64,000 nucleotides of DNA, taken from Fibrobacteria bacterium. GTDB taxonomy: Bacteria > Fibrobacterota > Chitinivibrionia > Chitinivibrionales > FEN-1185. The position numbers and the translations under genes were made by a program. The notes under the pieces are model-generated. The model saw only the letters and a program-made list of their open reading frames with translations. It ran no database searches and had not been told where the DNA came from. The DNA is taken from assembly GCA_037447435.1 (NCBI GenBank), contig JBBIGR010000007.1:1-64000 (forward strand), given 5' to 3'. Shown here one piece after another: positions 31,052-40,552 of the stretch. Positions within the stretch are counted from its first letter, which is position 1; each line of letters opens with the position of its first letter.

Positions 31052-31741
31052 ATGAAAAAAACAGTTTTAATTTTTCTATTGTTTGCGAGCTTGGCACTTG
31101 CTGAACAAGTGCCAAAGGAAGTACAGGATCTTATTCACAATGCATTTACCGGTACTGAAAAAACCACTTTAACGGATTTTAATGAATGGAAAGTTAGAAT
31201 GGGTTTTGACAGCTCGACAAAAATTTCAGATATTCTGCCCGGCAATCCTATTAAAAAGTATTGGATTGTAAAAGATTCAATACTGAATGCTAATGAAAAT
31301 ACACCCATGAGTAAGTTAATGAATCCGATAATTGGTGAATACGAAGTTCCATTATTTTTAAAAAAAAATAAAGATAAAATCATTGCCTTTTTAATTCTAA
31401 TGAAAAATAAAAATTTTGAAGGAAAATGGCATGTTGCTGGGGAATCCGCTGGTGGCAGACTTGCAACAGAATGGCAAAGGGTAATAAAAAAATGGCCGCA
31501 ATCTTCCGGATATAATCCTGCAATCATAGAAGTTCCTGGATTGGGATTTAAGCGATTTCTTCATGTCCCGGAAAAAGGTGAAGATAATTTGACGTACTTA
31601 CCTTTGCAGAAATATGAAAACGATTCCTTTGCAATATTGCCGGATTCATCGTATTCAACCCTTACTGATAGGAAAGAAAGCTATAAATCAATAAGAAAGG
31701 AATTTGAGGCTTCTCGTCTAAATGGAGGTCATTCCAAATGA
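31052..31741 (+). CDS. Secreted hypothetical protein (possible protease pro-domain/inhibitor)
   Basis: Signal peptide ending ALA; GGAG SD; ATGA-coupled to the downstream protease. Confidence 0.75.
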   Translation: MKKTVLIFLLFASLALAEQVPKEVQDLIHNAFTGTEKTTLTDFNEWKVRMGFDSSTKISDILPGNPIKKYWIVKDSILNANENTPMSKLMNPIIGEYEVPLFLKKNKDKIIAFLILMKNKNFEGKWHVAGESAGGRLATEWQRVIKKWPQSSGYNPAIIEVPGLGFKRFLHVPEKGEDNLTYLPLQKYENDSFAILPDSSYSTLTDRKESYKSIRKEFEASRLNGGHSK

Positions 31742-32874
31742 AAAACCTAATGAATCGTTTTCAAATAATAATAGCAATAAGTATACTGTTTTCTACGGTT
31801 TGTATAACGAGAGCTGGAAATTCGTTAACTATTCCTGCTGTTGAGCAATTTAAATCAAACCTTTGTTGGGATGCTGCCTGTTATATGGTTTTAGTCTATT
31901 ATTATCCTTTTAAAACATTTTGGCAGACAGATATTATGACTTATGGAACGCAGGGAGAAAACAGAGGAAATACCTTTACTTATGCGCCAACAGGCGATCA
32001 TGCCTGTAATGAAGTTTTAATTAATTTCGGACCTGTTTCATCTCAAGTTGTTGGTGGAAATTTAACTTTCACCCAGCTTAAAACCGAAATTGATGGGGGA
32101 AGACCAATTATGGTCGGTTGGAAAATTCCTGGGGATGCGAATATTATCGGACATGCTGTATTAATTAAAGGTTATACCAGTTCTAATGTTGTATATAATG
32201 ATCCTGCAGATGGCGGCGAACATTCCGATTTGACTTATGCAGATTTTGTAGATAATAATGTGCATACTTGGGATGAATCGTTAGTAATGACTTCTCTGCC
32301 ACCATGGATAACAGGTGTAAATGATTATGTTAAAATCACCTCTGGTCCTTCAGGTTTCACTTATCCAGGAAGTTCATCAACTTATACCTGTGCTTTCACA
32401 GGTGTTCCACCTTGCAATGCATCAAGCTTTAATTGGAGTATTGGTTTTGAATATGCTGGAGGAACTTATACCGTAGCAAATGCCACAAGACTTGGCAGCA
32501 ATTATTCTACATGGTTGGTCCAAAGTTTTACATTGCCCGCAGGCTATCCTTGGCTACGAAAAGATAATGGCCTTGTGATGGGAAAAGTTTTAGTAACAAC
32601 TACTGACTCTGATAATATTCCTCATTCAGATTTTCTCATGCTTACCTATGCAGAACAAAATCCTTATCCTAATTACATATACTTTGAAAACCAGACAGTT
32701 TCTTCGTCACAACCCGATGTCACAGCGCATAATGGTGTTTCATTGACTAATGATGTTATAACATCAGGAGGTTCAGTTTCTATTAAAGGCGGAAACAGCA
32801 TTACTATCAATGACGGTGTAAATATTCAAAACGGCAGTACGGTGAATTTTATTGTTGATCCGAATCTGCAGTAA
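31738..32874 (+). CDS. Secreted papain-fold cysteine peptidase (C39-like/C70) with C-terminal beta domains
   Basis: Q..NLCWDAA (Cys), GHAVLIKGY (His), YNDP (Asp); C-terminal GNSITINDGVNIQNGSTVNF resembles a coathanger-stack module. Confidence 0.8.
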   Translation: MKNLMNRFQIIIAISILFSTVCITRAGNSLTIPAVEQFKSNLCWDAACYMVLVYYYPFKTFWQTDIMTYGTQGENRGNTFTYAPTGDHACNEVLINFGPVSSQVVGGNLTFTQLKTEIDGGRPIMVGWKIPGDANIIGHAVLIKGYTSSNVVYNDPADGGEHSDLTYADFVDNNVHTWDESLVMTSLPPWITGVNDYVKITSGPSGFTYPGSSSTYTCAFTGVPPCNASSFNWSIGFEYAGGTYTVANATRLGSNYSTWLVQSFTLPAGYPWLRKDNGLVMGKVLVTTTDSDNIPHSDFLMLTYAEQNPYPNYIYFENQTVSSSQPDVTAHNGVSLTNDVITSGGSVSIKGGNSITINDGVNIQNGSTVNFIVDPNLQ

Positions 32875-32894
32875 GACTTTGGCAGGAGGTAACA

Positions 32895-32926
32895 AAAAAG
32901 CCCTTGTCGATCGACAAGGGCTTTTT
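32895..32926. terminator. Bidirectional intrinsic terminator (perfect 32-bp palindrome)
   Basis: AAAAAGCCCTTGTCGA/TCGACAAGGGCTTTTT between convergent genes. Confidence 0.85.
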
Positions 32927-32951
32927 ATGTAACTTTTTCCGGCGAGACGGC

Positions 32952-33269
32952 TTAGCGTCTGCCGCCGCGATGAGGACGATCGCCGCGTTCTCCGCGGTCG
33001 CGATGACCGGAATGAGGACGTGGTGTTGCTTCGCGGTCCCATGCCTTATTAACACGCAAGGGGCGTCCGCCGAAATCTTTTCCGTTTAAATCGGACACTG
33101 CTCCATCGGCGTTTTCCATATCGATAAACCCGAAACAACGCGAACGATGGCGTTTGCCGTGCGTGATTATTTTCGCGGCACGCACCATTCCGACTTTCTC
33201 AAAATGCAATTTAAGGTCCGCTTCGGTTGCGTCGTGGGGAAGATTGCTCACAAAGACTTTCTCTATCAC
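32952..33269 (-). CDS. RRM RNA-binding protein
   Basis: KVFVSNL (RNP2), RCFGFIDM (RNP1), basic tail. Confidence 0.85.
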   Translation of the reverse strand: MIEKVFVSNLPHDATEADLKLHFEKVGMVRAAKIITHGKRHRSRCFGFIDMENADGAVSDLNGKDFGGRPLRVNKAWDREATPRPHSGHRDRGERGDRPHRGGRR

Positions 33270-33354
33270 GTTTTGCTCCTTATCACGTTTTTAAAAAATT
33301 TAAGTCTGCTCGTAAACGGGCAGAATAGTTAATAAGTATCGGTTATTTTCCGTA

Positions 33355-33666
33355 TTACCAGCGCTGGCTTTGGCCGCGATTACCGCCGTCGAATCCGCCG
33401 CGTCCGCCGCCGCCGCGTTTGCGGTCTTCGCGTTCGCGTGCTTCGTTTACCGTAAGAGCCCGTCCGCCGAATTCTTTACCATTAAGCTGCGCAATAGCCT
33501 CGTCGGCATTTTCCATTTCAACAAAGCCGAATCCGCGCGGACGACCGGTTTCACGATCGTTTATGAGCGTGACGCTGGTCACTTCGCCGTATTGCGAAAA
33601 CAATGCTTTGATTTCTTCCTCAGTCGAATTGAAACTAAGGTTACCGACGTATAATTTCTTGGCCAC
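33355..33666 (-). CDS. RRM RNA-binding protein with Gly/Arg tail
   Basis: [25 protein letters not shown] start after GGAGGA. Confidence 0.92.
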   Translation of the reverse strand: MAKKLYVGNLSFNSTEEEIKALFSQYGEVTSVTLINDRETGRPRGFGFVEMENADEAIAQLNGKEFGGRALTVNEAREREDRKRGGGGRGGFDGGNRGQSQRW

Positions 33667-33724
33667 AAGATCCTCCATATCCTAAAGTTAACAATGAACA
33701 TACCGCGGCGGAAAGTGCCCGGTA

Positions 33725-34039
33725 TTACTCCGCTTTGTCACCGGCTTCTTTTTCGCCCGCGTCAATCCAGTTCTGGAGCGTGCCGATGATTTTTTTTGCC
33801 TGGTCTATGCTTGAAATATTGAATTTCGATTGTTGCCGGTAGTCGTCGTTTCTTTTGCGGTAGCGGCGAATGGTGTACAGGATCTGGCCGTATTTCTGAT
33901 TAGCGGCTTCCCATTGCTGGTACTTGAACATGAGTGTCGCCCAGGATCCTTTTGAAAGAATCACTTTGTCGAGTTCCTTGACAAGAAGGATCCCGTTTTC
34001 TTCGTAATTAATGGTTATGTCATTAACATCCGACGGCAT
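33725..34039 (-). CDS. Conserved hypothetical protein
   Basis: 104-aa ORF with SD; LSKGSWATLMFKYQ..RRYRK..QQSKFNISS. Confidence 0.75.
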   Translation of the reverse strand: MPSDVNDITINYEENGILLVKELDKVILSKGSWATLMFKYQQWEAANQKYGQILYTIRRYRKRNDDYRQQSKFNISSIDQAKKIIGTLQNWIDAGEKEAGDKAE

Positions 34040-34255
34040 TCTGACGTTCCTTTTCTTTAAAAACCGATATGGTATTTATCGCATATCGAGATGGGCTGTG
34101 GCGGCCTTTGTGGACCAGATATAAATACAAAGATACAATGGCGTGCGGACGAGAAGCAAAACAATAGTTACATGTTTGAAACCGTATTGCAAAAGAAGCC
34201 TTCAATGACGTATTTATAGAGGCTATAAAAAAAGAATCCTTTACCGGAGTTTTCC

Positions 34256-35089
34256 ATGCGTTTTATGAAGCTTGAAGGTTTGGCCAATGATTTTATCGTG
34301 ACTCACGATGCTCTTAGTGGTGATGAAAAAGTGCTTTCTACGATACGGGAAAAAAGCGTGGCGCTTTGTGACCGGCGCAGGGGTATTGGTGCAGACGGCG
34401 TTCTCTGCGTTTTGCCTTCGAAAAAGGCCTCTTTTATGATGCGCGTTTTTAATTCCGACGGCAGCGAAGCGGAAATGTGCGGAAACGGCATTCGTTGTTT
34501 TGCCGTTTACCTTCAAAAGCTCGGTTTAAACACACAGGACACCGTGGCCATAGAGACGCCGCGAGGAATAATAACCACATCGCGTCGCGGTGACGAAATA
34601 CGCGTGGACATGGGTGCGCCCATTCTTGAAGCATCCAAAGTTCCTACTGTTATAAATCAGGGTCGGGTGATAATGCATCCCCTGGAGGTCGAGGGGAAAC
34701 AATATCGGGTGACTGCAGTTTCGATGGGCAATCCGCATGCGATCATTTATGCCGATGAATTGACCGATGACCTTGTTCTGGGAACTGGAAAATTGATTGA
34801 GCGGCATGAATTTTTTCCAAAGAAAACAAACGTCGAATTCATAAAAGTTGTGAATGATAAGGAAATCGTCATGCGCGTTTTTGAACGCGGTTGCGGTGAA
34901 ACAATGGCTTGCGGTACCGGTGCATGCGCAAGCGTTGTCAGCGGCGTTTTGAATAAAAAGCACGGAAATGCGGTTGTCGTGCATTTACTCGGCGGAGACC
35001 TTTTTATTGAATGGGATGGAAATCCCGATCATTCGGTTTTCATGACCGGTCCGGCAAAAGAGGTTTTTTCGGGTGACATTGCATTATGA
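34256..35089 (+). CDS. dapF: Diaminopimelate epimerase
   Basis: NSDGSEAEMCGNG, MGNPH, ERGCGETMACGTG. Confidence 0.96.
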   Translation: MRFMKLEGLANDFIVTHDALSGDEKVLSTIREKSVALCDRRRGIGADGVLCVLPSKKASFMMRVFNSDGSEAEMCGNGIRCFAVYLQKLGLNTQDTVAIETPRGIITTSRRGDEIRVDMGAPILEASKVPTVINQGRVIMHPLEVEGKQYRVTAVSMGNPHAIIYADELTDDLVLGTGKLIERHEFFPKKTNVEFIKVVNDKEIVMRVFERGCGETMACGTGACASVVSGVLNKKHGNAVVVHLLGGDLFIEWDGNPDHSVFMTGPAKEVFSGDIAL

Positions 35090-35346
35090 GCCTTTTCGAA
35101 ATTATAATGCTGATTTGTTTTGGAGTTAGTTGGCCGCTTTCCATAGAGAAAACAGTCCGCACCAAACGGGTCGATGGAAAAAGCCCTGTTTTTCTTTTGG
35201 TCGTTTGCCTTGGATATATCAGCGGCATTATTCATAAAATTATGTATTCCATGGATTGGGTCGTCACGTTATACATCATAAATCTGCTTTTGGTTTTTAC
35301 AGACTGCGCTTTATACTTTCGTTATAGAAAGCCGGTGTCCGCGTAA
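35086..35346 (+). CDS. Small PQ-loop/SemiSWEET-like membrane protein
   Basis: Three TM helices; FGVSWP..K..GKS motif. Confidence 0.7.
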   Translation: MSLFEIIMLICFGVSWPLSIEKTVRTKRVDGKSPVFLLVVCLGYISGIIHKIMYSMDWVVTLYIINLLLVFTDCALYFRYRKPVSA

Positions 35347-35690
35347 GGGGTGGCAGGTAAAAAAAAGACGCCTAAAATAATAATAATAGATTTCTATACT
35401 ATTCTATTGTACAATTTAGTATATTATCCGCTCGTTTTTAGGTGCTTGGACAATAAAAAATATTGTTGAATCGTATTATAGGATAATCGCCAAAATAAGC
35501 AAACTGTGGGCTGGTCTTTCATCTGGTTCGAAAAAAAGACAAAATGGCCGAAAAATTAGTACGGCAATGCCTTTTCTCGCCGATGCGGATTCCGTGCAGT
35601 CAAAAGCTCAGTGTGATGCAAAAAATGGTTTTTGCCTTTGTAGTATGATTTTATAATATAAAAAGTGCATACAATTACCGAAAGAAAAAT

Positions 35691-36536
35691 ATGAGAACTG
35701 CGACATTGTTATCTGAAAAAGACTCACTTGATTTGTACCTTGATGAAATCAAAAACAATAAAACGCTCAGCAGTGCCGAAGAGGCGATATACGCCGTTCG
35801 AATCCGTAAAGGCGACAAACGCGCGCTTGAAGAGCTTGTCAAGGCCAACTTGCGGTTTGTCGTGAGCGTGGCACGAAATTATCAGAACCAGGGATTGCCC
35901 TTAAACGACCTCATCAATGAAGGCAACTTGGGTCTTATTAAAGCCGCCCGTAAATTCGACGAAAAGAAGAATTTCAAATTCATTTCCTATGCGGTCTGGT
36001 GGATTCGCCAGGCAATTTTGAAAGCCTTGGCCGAGCAGTCTCGTATTATCAATGTTCCTCTTCATCGCGTCGGCACGATCACCAATATCGGTAAAGCGCA
36101 AAACAAGCTCGAACAGGAATTGGAACGTTTACCGACGGCGGATGAAATTGCCCGCGAACTCGGTGTTGATGAACGTGAAATACAGGAAATCATGCGTATT
36201 GGAAACAGGCACGTTTCTTTGGACAAGCCGTTGCAGACGGACGAAGACGTGCGGCTTATCGATGCGCTTCATAACCACGATCAGGAATTGCCCGACACCG
36301 GCGCGATAAAAATTTCTTTATCCGGAGAGATTGAAAAGCTCCTTGATACGCTTTCGAATTCGGAAAAAGAAGTGATAAAGCTTTATTTCGGCATTGGCCA
36401 GGAAACGCCGCACACGCTTGAAGAAATCGGCAAACGGGTGCATTTGACTCGGGAACGTGTCCGCCAAATCAAGCAAAAAGGTTTGCGCAGACTCAGAAAT
36501 TCCTATCGCAGCAAAAAGCTTCGCACATTTATGTAA
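35691..36536 (+). CDS. Second RpoD/SigA-family sigma-70 factor
   Basis: Regions 1.2-4 closely similar to 9533-10381. Confidence 0.92.
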   Translation: MRTATLLSEKDSLDLYLDEIKNNKTLSSAEEAIYAVRIRKGDKRALEELVKANLRFVVSVARNYQNQGLPLNDLINEGNLGLIKAARKFDEKKNFKFISYAVWWIRQAILKALAEQSRIINVPLHRVGTITNIGKAQNKLEQELERLPTADEIARELGVDEREIQEIMRIGNRHVSLDKPLQTDEDVRLIDALHNHDQELPDTGAIKISLSGEIEKLLDTLSNSEKEVIKLYFGIGQETPHTLEEIGKRVHLTRERVRQIKQKGLRRLRNSYRSKKLRTFM

Positions 36537-36586
36537 TCGCAACACATAACGCGAAGGAACGGGAAAGGCTTTTTTCCCGTTCCTTT

Positions 36587-38245
36587 ATGGCCCACTTGAA
36601 AAAATCTTCCTTAACCGCTTTTTTATTCTTTGTCCTGTTCGTTTTTTTTGGCGCATTAAAGCTGGCTGTTTTTAATCAGCTCATTGTCGATGCCTCGGCA
36701 TTTCAGGCCTTTGCAAATAATTATTTCGGCAAAGTCGCGATCACCTTTTTGTTGACGCTCTTTGTAACGCTTCCGAAAAGACCGGCAGTTTTCATCGTCG
36801 TCTATTGTTGGCAAATGCTTTATATGTTTGTGAATTTATCGTATCACTTTAATTTTGACGGCTATTTACATGTCGGTCAATATATCGGTTTGTATTCCGA
36901 AGCTATGGACTTGGCCACCCATTCCGCAGTGCCGAAAGACATCCGTTTGTTGTGGCTGGCAATCGATTTGCCCTTTTTCGTCGGAATGATTTGGACCTAT
37001 TCGGGCGTCGGTACGGTATCTACCGCGTTTCGGGTACGGACCATATTGTATGGCGGCGCAATCGGGCTTTTTATCCTTGCATTGCATTGGGAGACACGAA
37101 ATGAAAAAATAGCCTCGGTTATGAACAATCCCTATTCAAGCGATATGGCCGTAGTCCGTCAATATGGGCTATTGACTTTTAATATCGTGGACCTGATAAA
37201 TTATCATGACGGGCAGCAGCATATAAAAAGCATCCGGTACGGCGGGCCCATTGCGTCGCAGGACACGGTCGGGCCGAGGCCGGGAATTATCGTGCTACAA
37301 ATCGAGTCGCTTGATGCTTTTATCGTGGACCGAAAATACCAAGACGCATATATTACGCCGTTTTTGCACGAGTTGACTTCGACGAGCGTGTATTATCCGT
37401 ATATGCTCAGTTATCACGAAGCCGGTTCGACGTCGGACTGCGAATTTTCGACGATAAACAGCATCGAGCCGTTTGAGGATTTCCCGTCTATAAAGATACG
37501 GAACTATGATTATGCCAATTCGATAATAAAGCCGCTGGCGTCGGGAGGGTATTCTGTCTTTGCGTTTCACGGGAACCGCGGTACGTATTTCAACCGCATC
37601 GCGGCATTCAAAAAAATGGGTTTCCGGCATTTTTTCGACATGCAGGAAATGGGTTTGCGGGAAATCGCGTGGGGCGCGCCCGACAAATCGGTGTTGGGAT
37701 TCGTCAACGCCCAGCTGCTTACGCAGAAATCGCCGTTTTTCTATTATGTCATTACCATGAGCAGTCATGAACCTTTTAATTTGACCCGATCGTATTACCA
37801 GAACAATACCTATGCAACGATACCGGACGAGAAAACGCGCGATTATTTCAACAGCATGTCGTACGTGGACGGGCAATTGCGGGAATTTGTGCGGGCGGTA
37901 CGTGCCGAACACCCGCAAACGATCATTGCAATTTGGGGTGATCATACTCCCGTTATCGCGAGAAACGTTTACAAGAGGGCCTCTTTTGTTTATAACAACA
38001 AACAATTCGAATTCGTTCCGTGTTTTATTCTAACTCCCGATAGGCAAGTGTACCGGGAAGCAAAAAACGTGGCTTCATTCATCGATGTGGCGCCCACGTT
38101 GCTTGCGTTCAGCAAAGTCCCGTACGCCGTCCGCAGCAACGGCAACAACCTTTGCAGACCGCCATTTGTCAATACGACGATTGACTACCGCGGGACGACG
38201 TATTCGCGCCGGGATTTGTATAGACAGATCAAGCAATTGCGATAG
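36587..38245 (+). CDS. LTA synthase/sulfatase family membrane protein
   Basis: N-terminal TMs; LQIESL, GSTSDCEF, FHGN, TMSSHEPF, WGDH. Confidence 0.88.
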   Translation: MAHLKKSSLTAFLFFVLFVFFGALKLAVFNQLIVDASAFQAFANNYFGKVAITFLLTLFVTLPKRPAVFIVVYCWQMLYMFVNLSYHFNFDGYLHVGQYIGLYSEAMDLATHSAVPKDIRLLWLAIDLPFFVGMIWTYSGVGTVSTAFRVRTILYGGAIGLFILALHWETRNEKIASVMNNPYSSDMAVVRQYGLLTFNIVDLINYHDGQQHIKSIRYGGPIASQDTVGPRPGIIVLQIESLDAFIVDRKYQDAYITPFLHELTSTSVYYPYMLSYHEAGSTSDCEFSTINSIEPFEDFPSIKIRNYDYANSIIKPLASGGYSVFAFHGNRGTYFNRIAAFKKMGFRHFFDMQEMGLREIAWGAPDKSVLGFVNAQLLTQKSPFFYYVITMSSHEPFNLTRSYYQNNTYATIPDEKTRDYFNSMSYVDGQLREFVRAVRAEHPQTIIAIWGDHTPVIARNVYKRASFVYNNKQFEFVPCFILTPDRQVYREAKNVASFIDVAPTLLAFSKVPYAVRSNGNNLCRPPFVNTTIDYRGTTYSRRDLYRQIKQLR

Positions 38246-38274
38246 ACGGCGTGTGCAATTGCGGGCAAAAAAAT

Positions 38275-38303
38275 AAAAAAAGGCGCATAAAGCGCCTTTT
38301 TTT
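38275..38303. terminator. Bidirectional intrinsic terminator
   Basis: A-run, GGCGC-ATAAA-GCGCC stem-loop, T-run; lies between convergent genes. Confidence 0.85.
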
Positions 38304-38323
38304 TCATAAGGGCAATTAAGAAC

Positions 38324-39490
38324 TTATTTCGCGAGTTCCTTGATCTTGCGGATAATAAGGAGCGCTTCCGGTCCGCTCACGTTTTTGTTCAGACCGAATT
38401 CCCCGTTAAGCTCGGCGCTCATGACGCCTTTGTCTACCGCATTGCAAATAGCGTTGTACGCCGGGTGCGATGCATTGACGTCTGGAAAACGGCTTTCGGA
38501 ACCGATGTGCTTGGTAGCAAGCGACGGGTCGTGAAGTACCGCGATGATCGCGTCTTCGACGATAAGGGCATATTCGCCACGGTTTACAAGCTGGTCGGGA
38601 TGAAACGTATGGTCGGGATAGGGTTCCAATCCGCGAATTTTAAGATCGACGATGTCGGTAATGAAGTTCTTGGCCCAATGATTGGAAATGTCTGTCATTT
38701 CCGCCATTTTTACAACAGCGTCGGGCTGCATTTCGCGGGCATCGGTCGGCGCCTTATACGAATTGTCGTAATTTTTAGGGCGTTTTTTTTCAACGAGTTT
38801 GTCGATTTGCAATTCGGAAACAAACAATGCGGCAATATCGGCACGGCCGATTTTATCGACAAGGGAGATACGTTTTCCGACGTCGGTACCGGGTGCCGCG
38901 CGTTCGATCATCTGGACTAGTTGCCATTGGTCGTCGGCTTCTTTTGTAAAGTCTTTCTTCAGGTCGAGTACTTTGCGGAAATCTCCCGAGGCTTTTTGGA
39001 ATTCGTAGGCTTTTTTGTAACAGACGCCGCGACGATAATACACTTCGGAATTTTCGGGATCGATTTTCAATGCTTTCTCATATTCTTTTTCAACGTCTTT
39101 AAGCCATTCCTTTGCCGGTTTGCCTTCGTTCTGCATGGTTATCACATTGCCTTTTGCAACGAACCCGTCAACGATTTTATTGTCGAGCGATTGGCATTTG
39201 TCGGCGAGCTTGAGCGCCTCCTTGAAGTCACCTTTTTGCGCGGTGACCAAAGCCAATCCCGCATAGGCGGGAGCATATTTCGCATCGAGCGACGTTGCTA
39301 GATTGAATTCTTCCTGCGCTTTGTCGTATTTGCCGTCGTAATAATATTTCATTCCTTCTTTGCAATGTGTTTGCGGGGTGTCCATATAGCCGCCGGCTTT
39401 GCGCGCTTTGGGCGCACAGCCTATGGCAAAAACAAGGGCCGTGCTTACGGCGAAAAGGGAAAGAATTTTAAACGAATTTCTTATTGTCAT
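38324..39490 (-). CDS. TPR plus SLH-domain lipoprotein
   Basis: Lipobox AIGC; TPRs; TDISNHWA..YPDHTFHPDQLVNRGE and FPDVNASHPAY SLH repeats. Confidence 0.85.
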   Translation of the reverse strand: MTIRNSFKILSLFAVSTALVFAIGCAPKARKAGGYMDTPQTHCKEGMKYYYDGKYDKAQEEFNLATSLDAKYAPAYAGLALVTAQKGDFKEALKLADKCQSLDNKIVDGFVAKGNVITMQNEGKPAKEWLKDVEKEYEKALKIDPENSEVYYRRGVCYKKAYEFQKASGDFRKVLDLKKDFTKEADDQWQLVQMIERAAPGTDVGKRISLVDKIGRADIAALFVSELQIDKLVEKKRPKNYDNSYKAPTDAREMQPDAVVKMAEMTDISNHWAKNFITDIVDLKIRGLEPYPDHTFHPDQLVNRGEYALIVEDAIIAVLHDPSLATKHIGSESRFPDVNASHPAYNAICNAVDKGVMSAELNGEFGLNKNVSGPEALLIIRKIKELAK

Positions 39491-39576
39491 AGTTTGAATC
39501 TCCTTTGGATTGCGAACATGTGACCTCATCCGTTCACTCCGACTTCCTGGAGCGGATAGCTGAGGTAATCCTTTAA

Positions 39577-40428
39577 TTAGTCTACCACTAAAATCACGCG
39601 GCATTCGGATAAAAACTTGAGATTTTGTGCGGCGCTGCGCACATCGGCTGCGTCTGCACTGGATATTACCACGTCCGTTGCGTTATCGCCCTGAGCCTTG
39701 ACCGCTTTGATTTGTCCCGGTGTTTTTCCGACCCGGTCGAGTTTGGCTGCTGCCTTGACATCTTTGGAATATCCGACGATGCCGTATTTTATTGCCCATT
39801 CCCGCGTCACATAAGCGCTGCCGTATACCTCGCGTCCTTCTTCATCGATGATTTTAGGTGCAAGCGCGGGTTTGACCTTGAGGCCGCGGCAATCGATGAT
39901 GAGTCCGGTAAATACAGTTGCTTTTGACGCTTTGTTGCCTTCGAATGCCGTGATGGTCGGTTTGGCGCCGATAAGGCCGGAAAGCAATTGATCGTTGATG
40001 CCGCCGATGCCGTCGAGCGGAATGGCCATGGTGACTTCGACCGATCCGTCGCTCATATAACGCTCTTTGCCTTTTTGCTCGAAGCCGCGGACAAATCCGC
40101 TTACTTTACTTTGAATAACATCGCTTTTTGTCATGAAATTTTCAACGGTTGTGTTTGAATTAAGGAATATTCCTTTTATTGTTTCCAAAGCGTTTCGCAA
40201 GGCGATTTGTTGGGCGGCACGGATTGCGCCGGGGCGTTGGGCAGCTTCGGGCATCTCGGGATTCGGCGCGCCGATACCTTTCGAGTAAATAATGCGATTG
40301 GCCCAATCGATGCAGCCGCTTCCTTGATTGTCGGTCATGACCGTGTCCATGACAACCGGCTGCATTTCGGCTGCGGCAAATGATGCGGCAAACAGTCCCG
40401 CCGCAACCGCAGTCAATAATCTATTCAT
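39577..40428 (-). CDS. LPP20-like exported protein
   Basis: Signal peptide; AIRAAQQIALRNALETI, TGLIIDCRG..PALAPKI. Confidence 0.7.
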   Translation of the reverse strand: MNRLLTAVAAGLFAASFAAAEMQPVVMDTVMTDNQGSGCIDWANRIIYSKGIGAPNPEMPEAAQRPGAIRAAQQIALRNALETIKGIFLNSNTTVENFMTKSDVIQSKVSGFVRGFEQKGKERYMSDGSVEVTMAIPLDGIGGINDQLLSGLIGAKPTITAFEGNKASKATVFTGLIIDCRGLKVKPALAPKIIDEEGREVYGSAYVTREWAIKYGIVGYSKDVKAAAKLDRVGKTPGQIKAVKAQGDNATDVVISSADAADVRSAAQNLKFLSECRVILVVD

Positions 40429-40552
40429 ACGACCTCCTCGTGAAAATGAAAAAATATAGGTTTACAGAAATTCAAGGTAATGGGCGAATAGTTATAGTAT
40501 AAATTTACGTTTGTTTAATTTCAACAGTCTGTGACGTGCGTCACAAAATCAA

